Shown piece after piece: positions 27,957 through 38,909 of a DNA stretch of 64,000 nucleotides. The notes under the pieces are model-generated. The model saw only the letters and a program-made list of their open reading frames with translations, did no database searches and had not been told where the DNA came from. A program made the position numbers and the translations under genes. Numbering within the stretch: position 1 is the first letter of the stretch; each line of letters opens with the position of its first letter. Origin of the DNA: Verrucomicrobiota bacterium (GTDB lineage: Bacteria > Verrucomicrobiota > Verrucomicrobiia > Methylacidiphilales > JBCBYL01); the NCBI GenBank assembly GCA_038748025.1, contig JBCDJI010000014.1, positions 3,539 through 67,538 of the forward strand. Direction: 5' to 3'.

Positions 27957-29120
27957 ATGACACCACAAGAGCAATTAGATCAATTATGTGCGGGAGTAAG
28001 TCAAGTCCATTCCCAGGAAGAACTGCTGGCGAAGCTGAAGCTGGACAGACCGCTCAGGATTAAATTTGGGGTCGATCCGACGTCGTCCGATATCCACCTT
28101 GGTCATACGGTGCCGCTGCTCAAGCTGAGACAGTTTCAGGATTTGGGACACACCGCTATATTGATTATCGGAGATTTTACTGCTCGTATCGGAGATCCGA
28201 CGGGAAAAAACTCAACTCGCCCGATGTTGTCGATGGAAGATATTACACATAATGCTAAGACCTATGAAGATCAGGCATTCACCGTGCTGGACCGATCTAA
28301 AACCGAGATCGTCTGGAATGGGAACTGGTTTGATAAGATGACTCTGATGGATACGATGAAGCTTTTGGCACGTAAGACGGTGGCACAGACGTTACAGCGT
28401 CGCGACTTCAAAGAGCGGATGGCAGCCGGCCAGGACGTAATGATGCACGAATTACAGTATCCGATATTGCAGGGATGGGATTCAGTGATGGTTAAAGCGG
28501 ATGTTGAGTTAGGGGGGAGTGATCAACTCTTTAATCTGCTCACTGGTAGAGATCTCCAGCAGCAGGAAGGGCAAAAGGCGCAAGTCGTGATGACGATGCC
28601 GATTCTGGAAGGAACCGACGGCGTGGAGAAAATGAGCAAGTCCCTGGACAACTACATTGGCGTCCGGGAGGCACCGGCTGAAATGCTTGGTAAAGTCATG
28701 AGCATCAGCGATGAGTTGATGGGGGTTTGGTATCCGCTGCTGGTTGGAACTCCATTGGATAATGCATCACATCCGATGGATGCGAAAAAGGCACTGGCCT
28801 GTAAGATTGTAACACGCTTCCACGATGCTGTTGCTGCAGAAAACGCACTGGCGCAGTTCGAATTAAAATTCTCCAAGAAGAGTCTGGATGATACGGAACT
28901 GGAGGAATTTCAGGTGTCCGAGAATCCTATCTGGATTGGAAAACTGCTACAGGAATCCGGTGCGGTGAAAAGCGGTGGTGATGCTCGTCGTCTGGTACAG
29001 CAGGGAGGTGTCAAAGTGAACGGGAATAAATATACAGATCCTAAAGGTAACATCGACATTGCAGACGGTATGATTCTGCAGGCGGGTAAGAAGTTCTTCC
29101 GCAAGTTAAAAAGCGGATAG
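27957..29120 (+). CDS. tyrS: Tyrosine--tRNA ligase
   Basis: HLGH and KMSKS motifs and a C-terminal S4 domain (GDARRLVQQGGVKVNG). Confidence 0.93.
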   Translation: MTPQEQLDQLCAGVSQVHSQEELLAKLKLDRPLRIKFGVDPTSSDIHLGHTVPLLKLRQFQDLGHTAILIIGDFTARIGDPTGKNSTRPMLSMEDITHNAKTYEDQAFTVLDRSKTEIVWNGNWFDKMTLMDTMKLLARKTVAQTLQRRDFKERMAAGQDVMMHELQYPILQGWDSVMVKADVELGGSDQLFNLLTGRDLQQQEGQKAQVVMTMPILEGTDGVEKMSKSLDNYIGVREAPAEMLGKVMSISDELMGVWYPLLVGTPLDNASHPMDAKKALACKIVTRFHDAVAAENALAQFELKFSKKSLDDTELEEFQVSENPIWIGKLLQESGAVKSGGDARRLVQQGGVKVNGNKYTDPKGNIDIADGMILQAGKKFFRKLKSG

Positions 29121-29189
29121 TCTGAGAGGCGGGCACTGTCTAACAGATAGGATAATCTTAATTTGCTAACGCTATCGTGAATTTTTGTC

Positions 29190-29380
29190 TCATTCTTTCC
29201 CGACACCCGCCACAGGTGGCGTGGTCGGGAACCAAACAGCGAAAATGAGTAGAGAAGTATCGGGCTGACAGCCCTCGATGTTTATCGGGGTTTCGTCGCT
29301 ATACTCCTCAAGATTTGAACCTGCGACCCCTTCACCCCCTCCCGATACCCCCTGCGGGTGATCGGGAACCAAACTGCAGG
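29190..29380 (-). repeat. Rearranged partial tRNA-Pro copies with GC-rich hairpins (tRNA-derived repeat or pseudo-tRNA region)
   Basis: The 28-nt block 29312..29339 is identical to 29411..29438 in the tRNA. The 12-nt block 29260..29271 is identical to 29399..29410. ACCAAAC occurs at 29231, 29368 and 29452. Hairpins lie at 29198..29230 and 29340..29367. Confidence 0.7.
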
Positions 29381-29398
29381 TTTCTCAGAAAGGGAGAA

Positions 29399-29472
<74 letters not shown>

Positions 29473-29557
29473 ATTCTTCCTTTCTGATTTATATGCAGGC
29501 CCAGTATCCGGCCAGAAATAAACCATACGAGATTGCATGGTTCACTCAATCCCAATC

Positions 29558-31132
29558 TTATTCCAATTCCTTATTTGTCTTGGAATTAACGATCTTGAAG
29601 TCCTCAATATATAAGTTGTGATCGGTCTTAAAGGTAAAACGTGCTGCAAAGCGGCGCTCCAGATCAACCAGTAGCTGTTCATCGTAGCTGCGGAGGCGCT
29701 CCATTACGGTTGGATTGATGAAGAGAGTGATCTCGTGGATATCCTGGTGTTTAGCCAGCACCCGCTGGATTTCCCGCTGAAGTTCGGCACTCATCGTTTC
29801 TGCTGACTTGGTAACTCCCTTACCACGACAAGCGGGGCACTCTTCATAGATGGCCCTGCTGATACTTTCCTGAACCCGTTGCCGTGTCATTTCCAGAATA
29901 CCCAGCGATGAGATTGGCAGTACATGAGTTTTCGCTTTGTCCCGTTTCAGGCACTGTTTGAAGTGTTTGACTACAGCGTGCTGGTCGCGTTTGTGTTTCA
30001 TGTCGATGAAATCGACAATGATCAGTCCTCCCATATTTCGCAGACGGAACTGGCGTGCAATTTCCTCTGCTGCTTCCAAGTTGGTGTTGAGAATGGTGTT
30101 TTCCGTATCATTGCCGCCCTTATTACGTCCGGTATTGATATCAATGGCCACCAGAGCCTCGGTCTCATCAATCACCAGATAAGCGCCTGATTTCAGCCAG
30201 ACCATTCGGCGGAAGGCAGAATCGATCTGTTTGTTGATTTGGAACTTATCAAAGATGGGAACCGGATCCTGGTACCAGTGAATTTTCTTCTCAGCCCGTT
30301 TGGAGATGATGCGGACCTGTTCTTTAATGGCATTGGCCGTATTTTCGTCATCCACGGCAACCTGTCCAACATCATCAGTAAGAAAGTCGCGCACGGTGCG
30401 TTCAACCAGATTGGGTTCTTCCAGCAGCAGAGAGGGTGCCGGACCTTTTTTAATGGCAGTATCAATTTTGCGCCAGCGTTCCAGCAGGATGGCCAGATCA
30501 CGCACGAAATAGCGCGCCTTGAGTCCAACCCCTGCCGTACGAAGTATCACTCCCATACCTTCAGGCACATCCAGATCATAAAGAATCTGGCGTAGGCGGT
30601 CGCGCTCAGCCGGGTCTTCGATCTTGCGGGAAATACCAAACTGATCGGTATAGGGCATGAGCACCAGATAACGTCCGGCCATCGATATATTGGTGGTAAT
30701 ACGGGCCCCTTTGGTGCCAATGGGTCCTTTGGTGACTTGCACGATAATGTCTGATCCCGGTGGATAGAGGTTGGGTATATCTTTATGGCTTAGCCGTTTC
30801 TTTTTCTTTTTGTTTTTACTTCCACCACGGTCAATTCGTTCTACACCGGAGTCCAGTGCTGCCGGCATAGCATCCCAGTAATGCAGAAACGCGTTTTTCT
30901 CGACCCCAATATCAACAAACAGAGCTTTAAGTGCCGGCTCGTTGTTGTTGATACGTCCTTTGTAGAGGTTACCTGAGATACTGCGATCACTGGGACGTTC
31001 GATGGAGAATTCCTCTAAAACGTTATTTTCCAGCAAAGCAACTCGTGTTTCCAGCGGATCCACATTAATGATGAGTTCTTTGGTGGACTGAGATCCACCG
31101 GTGAGCAGTTGTTTCATTTTCTTTAAAATCAT
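29558..31132 (-). CDS. rng: Ribonuclease E/G family protein (RNase G-like)
   Basis: N-terminal S1 domain (GNLYKGRINNNEPALKALFVDIG) and a catalytic core (LVAIDINTG, GLIIVDFIDM). The size is RNase G-like. Confidence 0.88.
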   Translation of the reverse strand: MILKKMKQLLTGGSQSTKELIINVDPLETRVALLENNVLEEFSIERPSDRSISGNLYKGRINNNEPALKALFVDIGVEKNAFLHYWDAMPAALDSGVERIDRGGSKNKKKKKRLSHKDIPNLYPPGSDIIVQVTKGPIGTKGARITTNISMAGRYLVLMPYTDQFGISRKIEDPAERDRLRQILYDLDVPEGMGVILRTAGVGLKARYFVRDLAILLERWRKIDTAIKKGPAPSLLLEEPNLVERTVRDFLTDDVGQVAVDDENTANAIKEQVRIISKRAEKKIHWYQDPVPIFDKFQINKQIDSAFRRMVWLKSGAYLVIDETEALVAIDINTGRNKGGNDTENTILNTNLEAAEEIARQFRLRNMGGLIIVDFIDMKHKRDQHAVVKHFKQCLKRDKAKTHVLPISSLGILEMTRQRVQESISRAIYEECPACRGKGVTKSAETMSAELQREIQRVLAKHQDIHEITLFINPTVMERLRSYDEQLLVDLERRFAARFTFKTDHNLYIEDFKIVNSKTNKELE

Positions 31133-32289
31133 CTTCCAAACATCCTTTCTTGTTCATAATCCTTCCGGTGGATCCAGACACTCTGGACCACCCCCAACCC
31201 GGCCATACATGCGACCAGAAAAGTTCCTCCGTAACTGATAAAAGGGAGCGGAATCCCCGTTACCGGAACAACACCAATGGTCATCCCGACATTCACAAAA
31301 AAGTGCGTGAACAGCAGACCACACATACCCGTTGCCAGCAGAACACCGCTAAGCTCTCTAGCACGACTGGCGATGCTCATGACGCCCCACAGCAGAAGTC
31401 CCTGTGCTAGGATGACCAGACTGCCACCTGTAAATCCATATTCTTCAGCGATGACCGGAAAAATGTAGTCATTGTGGGAGGTGTTACGAGGGAGGAAACC
31501 GTAGATATTCTGATCTCCCTTTTTGTAGCCTTTACCTTTCAATCCACCGGAGCCCACTGCAATCAGCGACTGTCGCACCGCCCAGCCTGCTCCTTGCGGA
31601 TCATATTCCGGATCAAAGAAGGCTTTGATCCGGGTATTGGGTCGCGAGCCGATGCCGGGAATCTCCTGATCCATTTTGTGGACGTAGGTGTAAAGAAACA
31701 TCAGCAGCACGAGACCTGCCATGACAGGCAGTATGAGGTAGCGCTTCCGGATGCCACCTGTCAACATCATCAGGAAAGCAACGGGTCCGAAAACCGCTGC
31801 AGAACCCAGGTCGTTCTGCAGCTTAATCAGCACCATGGGAATCAGGGTGAGCACGCCGATGATAAGTATGGGCCAAATCTTTTTAATGTAAGGTTGGAGG
31901 TAGAGCATGAGCGCCGCCATGCCGCAAATAAAAGCGATTTTACAGGGTTCTACCGGCTGGATCATCGTTACACCAATATTGATCCAGCTCTTAGAGTTAT
32001 TGATTTCAATTCCAAAAAACAGAACATAGATCAAAACCAGAATCGAGCCTGCGTAGATGGGAAAACCCAGCTTTACCAGCCATTTGTAATCAATCAGTGA
32101 TACGGTAAAGAAGACCGGCAGGCCAATCCACAGCCACATGAGTTGTCGTCCAGGTGCATTGACCAGATCCGGTGCTTCTTCGGTATAAACAGCACTTTCG
32201 ATAAAATGTGTCCCAGCCAGTGCCATGATCACCATCAGGACAAATAAGGGCCAGTGTAGCGCAAAGAGTTTTTGGATCAGGATAGCCAT
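31129..32289 (-). CDS. rodA: Rod shape-determining protein RodA (SEDS family)
   Basis: FtsW/RodA/SpoVE-type polytopic protein (NDYIFPVIAEEYGF, TGIPLPFISYGGT). It follows PBP2 in the mre operon. Confidence 0.9.
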   Translation of the reverse strand: MAILIQKLFALHWPLFVLMVIMALAGTHFIESAVYTEEAPDLVNAPGRQLMWLWIGLPVFFTVSLIDYKWLVKLGFPIYAGSILVLIYVLFFGIEINNSKSWINIGVTMIQPVEPCKIAFICGMAALMLYLQPYIKKIWPILIIGVLTLIPMVLIKLQNDLGSAAVFGPVAFLMMLTGGIRKRYLILPVMAGLVLLMFLYTYVHKMDQEIPGIGSRPNTRIKAFFDPEYDPQGAGWAVRQSLIAVGSGGLKGKGYKKGDQNIYGFLPRNTSHNDYIFPVIAEEYGFTGGSLVILAQGLLLWGVMSIASRARELSGVLLATGMCGLLFTHFFVNVGMTIGVVPVTGIPLPFISYGGTFLVACMAGLGVVQSVWIHRKDYEQERMFGR

Positions 32290-32301
32290 TTGCTGTCTGT
32301 A

Positions 32302-34428
32302 TTAACGGTTGAACAGGCGCTGCCAAAAAGAACGTCTGCGTTGTGGCTCTTCCTGCTGCCCTGCCGGAAGCTCTGGGTAGAGTTCTTCAAGTGGCTGAAT
32401 CTGGTCTTCGGTGTTAACGGCCTGGACGCCTCTGAAATGACCTACCGCAGGGGAGAGATAAACAAGGTCAATGCTGGAGCCTTTTTCCAGTTTGGCGATC
32501 TTTTCAAAAATTTCCTTAACGACAGGTCCCGTGTCGCGGCCGCCGCTGGTGCCTCCCTCAATGATGACAGTGATGGCGTATTTTGGATTATCATAGGGCG
32601 CATATCCATTAAACAGAGCTCTATTATCAGTGACACGTCGACCATTGACAATAGACCATGCCTGGGCAGTTCCGGTTTTGCCCGCAACAGCATAATTGCG
32701 AGCGTTGGCACGTCCTCCGGTCCCACCGGTAACCACGGCACGTAATCCCTGTTGAACCGCTTGGAGATGCTCCGGTTTGATATCAAGGGTTCCATTGAGT
32801 CGTATCGGGTATTCTTCTATCATTTCAGTTCCGGTTTCATCAAAACCTTTTACAGCTCGTATCAGCCGCGGCAGGTAGATTTTACCTCCGTTTGCTATGG
32901 CACCCATCATGGTGGTGAGCTGCACCGCGCTGACCTGAGTAAAGCCCTGCCCGATGGCGGTATTCATGGTATGTCCATCACTCCATCGTTCTCGCCACGT
33001 GCGCGGGAACTTGAAATCAGGATCTTTTTCTTTCTGGCTTCTCCAATAGGCAAAACGCCGGTCTTCCTGGGCATTCATCCATTCCGGGCCGGCGACAATT
33101 CCTTTGCTTTCTCCTTTGACGAGTGCCTGACCGTCACCATCGACCAGCAAGTGCTGATTGAATCCAAGCTGTTTGGCGGTATTGACGATAGACTTTATAC
33201 CGGTGCGGACGGCCAGTTGGTAATAGAAGGTGTTAGTAGACCACTGCAGTGCAGTATGCATGTTGATACTGCCTCTGCCGGGTTCATACCAGTCATTCCA
33301 CCAGCGACCGGCTCCATAAATCGCCCCGGGGGAATTGATAAACGTTTGCGGTGTAAAGTTTGCTTCGGGGTTGCTGAGTGCTGCAAGTGTGATGAGGGTT
33401 TTGAATGTGGATGCCGGATTATACGCGGAGATGGCTCTGTGATGCAGTGGTCCAGTGGGATCTTCGCTAAGTTGTTTCAATGAGGCGGAGTCAATACTTG
33501 GAATAAAAATATTCGGATCATAATTAGGAACCGAAACCATTGCCAGAATGTCACCGCTCCAGATGTCTGTAATCACACATGTGCCGCGGCCAACACCGTT
33601 GTTACGCATCGCCTGCTCAGCAATATGCTGAAAATGCGCGTCGATGGAAGTATAGACGGAACTACCGATGGTTGGAATTTCAACAGCCTCTACACCGAGA
33701 ATATAGCCCACGTTGTTTTTCTTGAGCACTTTTCTGCCCGGCTTCCCTTGCAAAACAGCATCAAATGTTTTTTCGATGCCCTCTTTACCGATAGATTCAA
33801 TGAAGACACCTTTCTTTTGCTCTTCTACCGCACCTACGTAACCCAGTATATGCGGTGCTAATGCTCCGAAGGTATAGTAGCGCACAGGCCGGGCCGTTTC
33901 CTGGATGCCCGGTATGTTCATGCTGTGTTCCGAGAAGCGGGAAAGCGTTGAAAAGTCCAGGTCATTCGCCAACTGGAATGGAATATTCGGCTTCTGGTCA
34001 TAGTGACGCAGCAAGTCTTTGTTAGAATAGTCGACCGGTAAGGCCAATGTCTTAAAAATATCTCCCGTGCTCTGTTCGAGAATTTCAGGAACATTTGCCA
34101 GCTGGCGCCCTTTATAAGTCGTCTTGGGCAGTTTGCCTTGCTGGTTTCGGGCGTAATGCCCGACCATTTCGCGCAAATAAACGTCAATGTCCAGGCTGGC
34201 CCGGTTTTCTGCCAGGCCGATACCATTGCGGTCATAAATACCTCCGCGGGCAGGTGACAGTAACACGGAAACAGTGGTCTGACTTTTGAGGCTCTCGGTA
34301 TATTTGTCACCTTCGCGCAGCTGTACGTAGAATAGCTTGCTGACTAAAATTATGACGGCTGCAAAGATGGCGATATTGATGACACCAATACGCAAGCCTA
34401 GATCGATCTGCTGATTGGAGATGATCAT
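32302..34428 (-). CDS. mrdA: Penicillin-binding protein 2
   Basis: Transpeptidase motifs STFK and KTGTA. It sits in the mreBCD-mrdA-rodA context and has a ~70-aa acidic/basic C-terminal tail. Confidence 0.9.
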   Translation of the reverse strand: MIISNQQIDLGLRIGVINIAIFAAVIILVSKLFYVQLREGDKYTESLKSQTTVSVLLSPARGGIYDRNGIGLAENRASLDIDVYLREMVGHYARNQQGKLPKTTYKGRQLANVPEILEQSTGDIFKTLALPVDYSNKDLLRHYDQKPNIPFQLANDLDFSTLSRFSEHSMNIPGIQETARPVRYYTFGALAPHILGYVGAVEEQKKGVFIESIGKEGIEKTFDAVLQGKPGRKVLKKNNVGYILGVEAVEIPTIGSSVYTSIDAHFQHIAEQAMRNNGVGRGTCVITDIWSGDILAMVSVPNYDPNIFIPSIDSASLKQLSEDPTGPLHHRAISAYNPASTFKTLITLAALSNPEANFTPQTFINSPGAIYGAGRWWNDWYEPGRGSINMHTALQWSTNTFYYQLAVRTGIKSIVNTAKQLGFNQHLLVDGDGQALVKGESKGIVAGPEWMNAQEDRRFAYWRSQKEKDPDFKFPRTWRERWSDGHTMNTAIGQGFTQVSAVQLTTMMGAIANGGKIYLPRLIRAVKGFDETGTEMIEEYPIRLNGTLDIKPEHLQAVQQGLRAVVTGGTGGRANARNYAVAGKTGTAQAWSIVNGRRVTDNRALFNGYAPYDNPKYAITVIIEGGTSGGRDTGPVVKEIFEKIAKLEKGSSIDLVYLSPAVGHFRGVQAVNTEDQIQPLEELYPELPAGQQEEPQRRRSFWQRLFNR

Positions 34429-34949
34429 CCGAACGAATACCCTCCTGATGACCTGGCTTTTCCAGGTTTGGAACGTTGACTGACAGTATCAAAAACAAAA
34501 AACATGATTGGGCTCAATACCGCATTGACTGCTGCTAAAGTAAGCAATGCAAAGCTAAGATCCAAATCCCATGACCAAAAACCGTGGTAAAGCAGGTAGA
34601 AAATCCGGTCCATAGCATTATAAAAAAATGAGGTAGTGAAACCGACAATGAGGGTAACCAGAATGCCAGCGTCTTGCAGCCACGGCTTCTGGCTGGCAAC
34701 AATAAAGATGGTACAGGCCCAAAGCAACGGCCCGAAACCGAAATAGTGTAATAATAATAAATCGTGAACAACACCTCCGATCAGAATAAACAAAGCCAGC
34801 GGCAGACCTCCGCTGCGCAAAGCCGCATATGCCAGCAGGATCGGAGTCATGCCGATAAGCCACTTCTGGTAGCCAAAGATGCCCGGCATAAACGGCTGCA
34901 TAAAAGCCATTACGAGATAAGTAAGTGTAAGTAGTCCTGCAGCCCGCAT
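34425..34949 (-). CDS. mreD: Rod shape-determining protein MreD
   Basis: 174-aa polytopic membrane protein lying between mreC and mrdA. Confidence 0.75.
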   Translation of the reverse strand: MRAAGLLTLTYLVMAFMQPFMPGIFGYQKWLIGMTPILLAYAALRSGGLPLALFILIGGVVHDLLLLHYFGFGPLLWACTIFIVASQKPWLQDAGILVTLIVGFTTSFFYNAMDRIFYLLYHGFWSWDLDLSFALLTLAAVNAVLSPIMFFVFDTVSQRSKPGKARSSGGYSFG

Positions 34950-35779
34950 TACTTGACTCCCGTGACAATGAATAATTCTTCAAGATTGTTCAGGTCTGCC
35001 GTAGGTTGAACTTTCCCATCACGGAACAGACCAAAATTCCTCTCAGCGCTTAGAGGGGGGGCTTGGCTGATGGTACCAATGAGCAGATTGGCTGGAAACG
35101 TGCCGCCAAGTCCGGTGGTGAATAAACGCTCACCGACAGCAAATGGAGTATTGCGGTCTACGAAATTAATTCTGCAAAACGGGTTGCCACCGTTAATAGA
35201 AGTGGCACCCTGCACAATCCCGCGCGCACGTGAATTTTCGGTGACTACAGATACCTTGCAGTTTTCATCCACCAGCAGAATAACCCGAGTGGTGTAGGGT
35301 CCGACAGTTCCGGTTTTTCCGACAACTCCGCGGGGGCTGACGACAGGCTGGTCAGAGGCAATATCCGGATGGTCACGAAATCCACGGTTTACAATAACAG
35401 CATTCCACCAGTTGGAAGGATCTCTTTCAATGACACGACATGCCAGTAATTCATAAGGCTTGCTCTGTTTGAATCCCAGCATTTCCTTAAGGCGGGCGTT
35501 TTCGATTTGAACGGCATTCAACTGGGAATACTGGGTCATCAGTCTTGCGTTGTTTTGCCGTAACAATGCATTTTCTGACTGAAGTTGCTCCAGTGTCTTC
35601 ACATCTCCTACCACCTCTCCAGTGGTTTCTTTCACCCATCCGACCGACCGCCAGATAGGGGAAAAAACGTTCATGGAAATCTGCTGGATATCATCTTTAT
35701 ACTGGGCCGGTAAAAAGTAACCTACTATGGCAATCAGTAAGACGATTACCCCGCAAATAAAATAAGCAGGTCGAAACAT
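34949..35779 (-). CDS. mreC: Rod shape-determining protein MreC
   Basis: N-terminal TM, then a coiled coil (LEQLQSENALLRQNNARL), then a beta-barrel region (SPRGVVGKTG, GLGGTFPANLLIG). Confidence 0.88.
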   Translation of the reverse strand: MFRPAYFICGVIVLLIAIVGYFLPAQYKDDIQQISMNVFSPIWRSVGWVKETTGEVVGDVKTLEQLQSENALLRQNNARLMTQYSQLNAVQIENARLKEMLGFKQSKPYELLACRVIERDPSNWWNAVIVNRGFRDHPDIASDQPVVSPRGVVGKTGTVGPYTTRVILLVDENCKVSVVTENSRARGIVQGATSINGGNPFCRINFVDRNTPFAVGERLFTTGLGGTFPANLLIGTISQAPPLSAERNFGLFRDGKVQPTADLNNLEELFIVTGVK

Positions 35780-35806
35780 GCACTTTTCCGTGTTGTGGCC
35801 GGAAAA

Positions 35807-36871
<1,065 letters not shown>

Positions 36872-37012
36872 TCATTAGTGTTTAGTGCCAGAGGCATAAA
36901 GCGTCAATCTTTATCCCTTTTGAGCCTTTATTTTAGCCATTTGGCAAAGAATTCATGGAAAAATAAGGTTCCAGGAGGAAATATGCGTAGTTTGTGCCTA
37001 TACTAATTTAAT

Positions 37013-37582
37013 ATGAAATTAGATATCATGGTGCTCGAGGGTGTAGTGCTGCTGCCAAAATCTGTGGTGCCACTCAACATCTTTGAGCCCAGATACCGCA
37101 AGATGCTCCATGACAGCCTGGAAGGAGGGCGGACCTTTGCACTGGGAAACCTGATCGATCAGCGACCAGCCCGCTACATTGGTGTCGGGTTGATCCAATC
37201 TTCACTCCAGCATAAGGACGGGACGTATCAGTTGATTCTGGAGGGGGTGGACCGTTATCGGATTGAGCGTATTCTTGCCACAGATCCTGTGCTCAGGGGT
37301 GAGTGTGAGAAAGTAGAAACGCAACCTCGAAACAGTGAAGACCAAGCTATGCGTGCAAACGTTAAAAAAATTGTCCATACGATCATTGAGAATTACCCGC
37401 AAGTTGCCGAAAGTCTGTCAGAGATATTTGATGACGAACTTGATGATAGTGATTTTTGTGATCTGACGGGCGGGATATTAGTTGGTGATTCGCGGGTAAA
37501 GCAGAAATTATTAGAGACCGAGTCCGTTGAAAAACGCTTGACCCTGTTGCACAATTTTCTGGATACTGCACGGCTTACTTGA
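37013..37582 (+). CDS. LON N-terminal substrate-binding domain protein
   Basis: LPLNIFEPRYRKM, with Lon N-domain length and pattern. Confidence 0.75.
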   Translation: MKLDIMVLEGVVLLPKSVVPLNIFEPRYRKMLHDSLEGGRTFALGNLIDQRPARYIGVGLIQSSLQHKDGTYQLILEGVDRYRIERILATDPVLRGECEKVETQPRNSEDQAMRANVKKIVHTIIENYPQVAESLSEIFDDELDDSDFCDLTGGILVGDSRVKQKLLETESVEKRLTLLHNFLDTARLT

Positions 37583-37621
37583 TTGCATCACGCTGTCTGT
37601 CTGCACAAATTCAACATTGAT

Positions 37622-38326
37622 ATGCCTAAAATTAAGCACTCTGTCATCAAAAAGCCCTGCATCTCTGTCGGAACGATCTCTACCCCTGCCGAACTTGCAT
37701 ATCTTACCGGTCGCAAAGGAGAATCGGATATCGTGGAAGTTCGGGTAGACCGTCTTCGTTCAGCGGGTATGAAAGTAAGTCAGATCAAGGATCTGCTGCG
37801 AAAACGCCAACAACCGACTCTGCTTACCTTGCGGACTATGGTAGAAGGTGGCAGCTATCAGTGGAAATCTACAGAGCGGATGTTGGTTTTCGAAGAGTTA
37901 ATTCCCTTTTGTGACGCTGTAGATTTTGAAATCAAAAACATGAAGTATATCAGGCCGCTGCTTCAGTTGGCTCGTGATACCAACAAACGGGTAGTCTTAT
38001 CTGCACATTCACTGGAGCGGAAACTGACCAAAGGAAAAGCGGAACGTCTGGTAGAGAATTTCAGAGCCTATCGGGTGGATATTTACAAGATGGCCAGCCT
38101 CGCCCGGAGCCGCGAAGATCTGATGGTGCTGGTTGGAGTGCTGATTAATTACCCCCAATTAAGATTGGGAATCATGGCTACCGGACCTATGGCACAGATA
38201 TCACGCATGGTGCTGCCTGCGTTGGGGTCTAAACTGGTTTACGGTTATATCGATGAACCGGCAGCACCCGGGCAACCCTCTATCGGTGAGATTAAAGCTG
38301 CGTTATCCACTTTCGGAGTGCTATGA
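37622..38326 (+). CDS. aroD: 3-dehydroquinate dehydratase, type I
   Basis: DIVEVRVDRL, SAHSL and YKMASLA (Schiff-base Lys context). The start is taken at MPKIKHSV; the ORF is open from 37583. Confidence 0.75.
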   Translation: MPKIKHSVIKKPCISVGTISTPAELAYLTGRKGESDIVEVRVDRLRSAGMKVSQIKDLLRKRQQPTLLTLRTMVEGGSYQWKSTERMLVFEELIPFCDAVDFEIKNMKYIRPLLQLARDTNKRVVLSAHSLERKLTKGKAERLVENFRAYRVDIYKMASLARSREDLMVLVGVLINYPQLRLGIMATGPMAQISRMVLPALGSKLVYGYIDEPAAPGQPSIGEIKAALSTFGVL

Positions 38327-38338
38327 GCTGTTCACGGA

Positions 38339-38848
38339 CTATTTGGATTTCTTTTTCTTAAAAGACTTACGTTTAAGCGCTTTTTTGAGTTGTTTCCACT
38401 CTTCGGGCTTTACGATGTAACCGACACAGTTCCTGGAGCCGCAGCGACACGGGTGGTCTTCAAAGTGTTCCAGGTCATATCCGTAGTTGTAGCTAAGTTC
38501 TTCACCTTTTTTAATCTTTCGAACAGATTCAATCCAGATACGTCCATCTTCGTCCGAGGCTTCGCAGTTGGGGTCACAGGAGTGATTGATCAGGCGGGCT
38601 GGATTCCATTCCACATTACCGTCGATATCGTGATCTTCATCAATTTCGAAAATATACACCGCACCATCATCGGATTTATTACTTTTCTTTAATTGCTTGT
38701 CAGCACGCCGGTAGGATTCTTCTTTCGAAATTTTTTCTCCAACGTATTCGATGATACGCTGCCCTTTTTTGAGGTCTTTGGTGGCGAAGAGGCCTGAACC
38801 GTGAATTTCTGATTCACAGGCGATCCACAATACTTTTGGTGTCGTCAT
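38339..38848 (-). CDS. SET-domain protein-lysine N-methyltransferase with a lysine-rich C-terminal tail
   Basis: GSGLFATKDLKKGQRIIEYVGE, RLINHSCDPNC, EELSYNYG, the post-SET cysteines CRCGSRNC, and the tail KKALKRKSFKKKKSK. Confidence 0.9.
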   Translation of the reverse strand: MTTPKVLWIACESEIHGSGLFATKDLKKGQRIIEYVGEKISKEESYRRADKQLKKSNKSDDGAVYIFEIDEDHDIDGNVEWNPARLINHSCDPNCEASDEDGRIWIESVRKIKKGEELSYNYGYDLEHFEDHPCRCGSRNCVGYIVKPEEWKQLKKALKRKSFKKKKSK

Positions 38849-38909
38849 AAATATGAAGACATAAAATGCCTTTTGAGCTGAGAGGCATCAAATAAAAATT
38901 GTTCGGCTG

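Noticed and set aside
29190-29372. 60-aa ORF (MVPDHPQGVSGGGEG...) in the tyrS-rng spacer.
   Set aside because: It lies entirely inside the tRNA-derived repeats and hairpins. Its Gly/Pro-rich translation is a by-product of GC-rich stems.
32302-32520. PBP2 C-terminal ~70-aa extra tail (…EELYPELPAGQQEEPQRRRSFWQRLFNR), considered as a possible fused domain.
   Set aside because: It is short, low-complexity and charged. It is most likely a disordered lineage-specific tail, with insufficient signal to call a domain.
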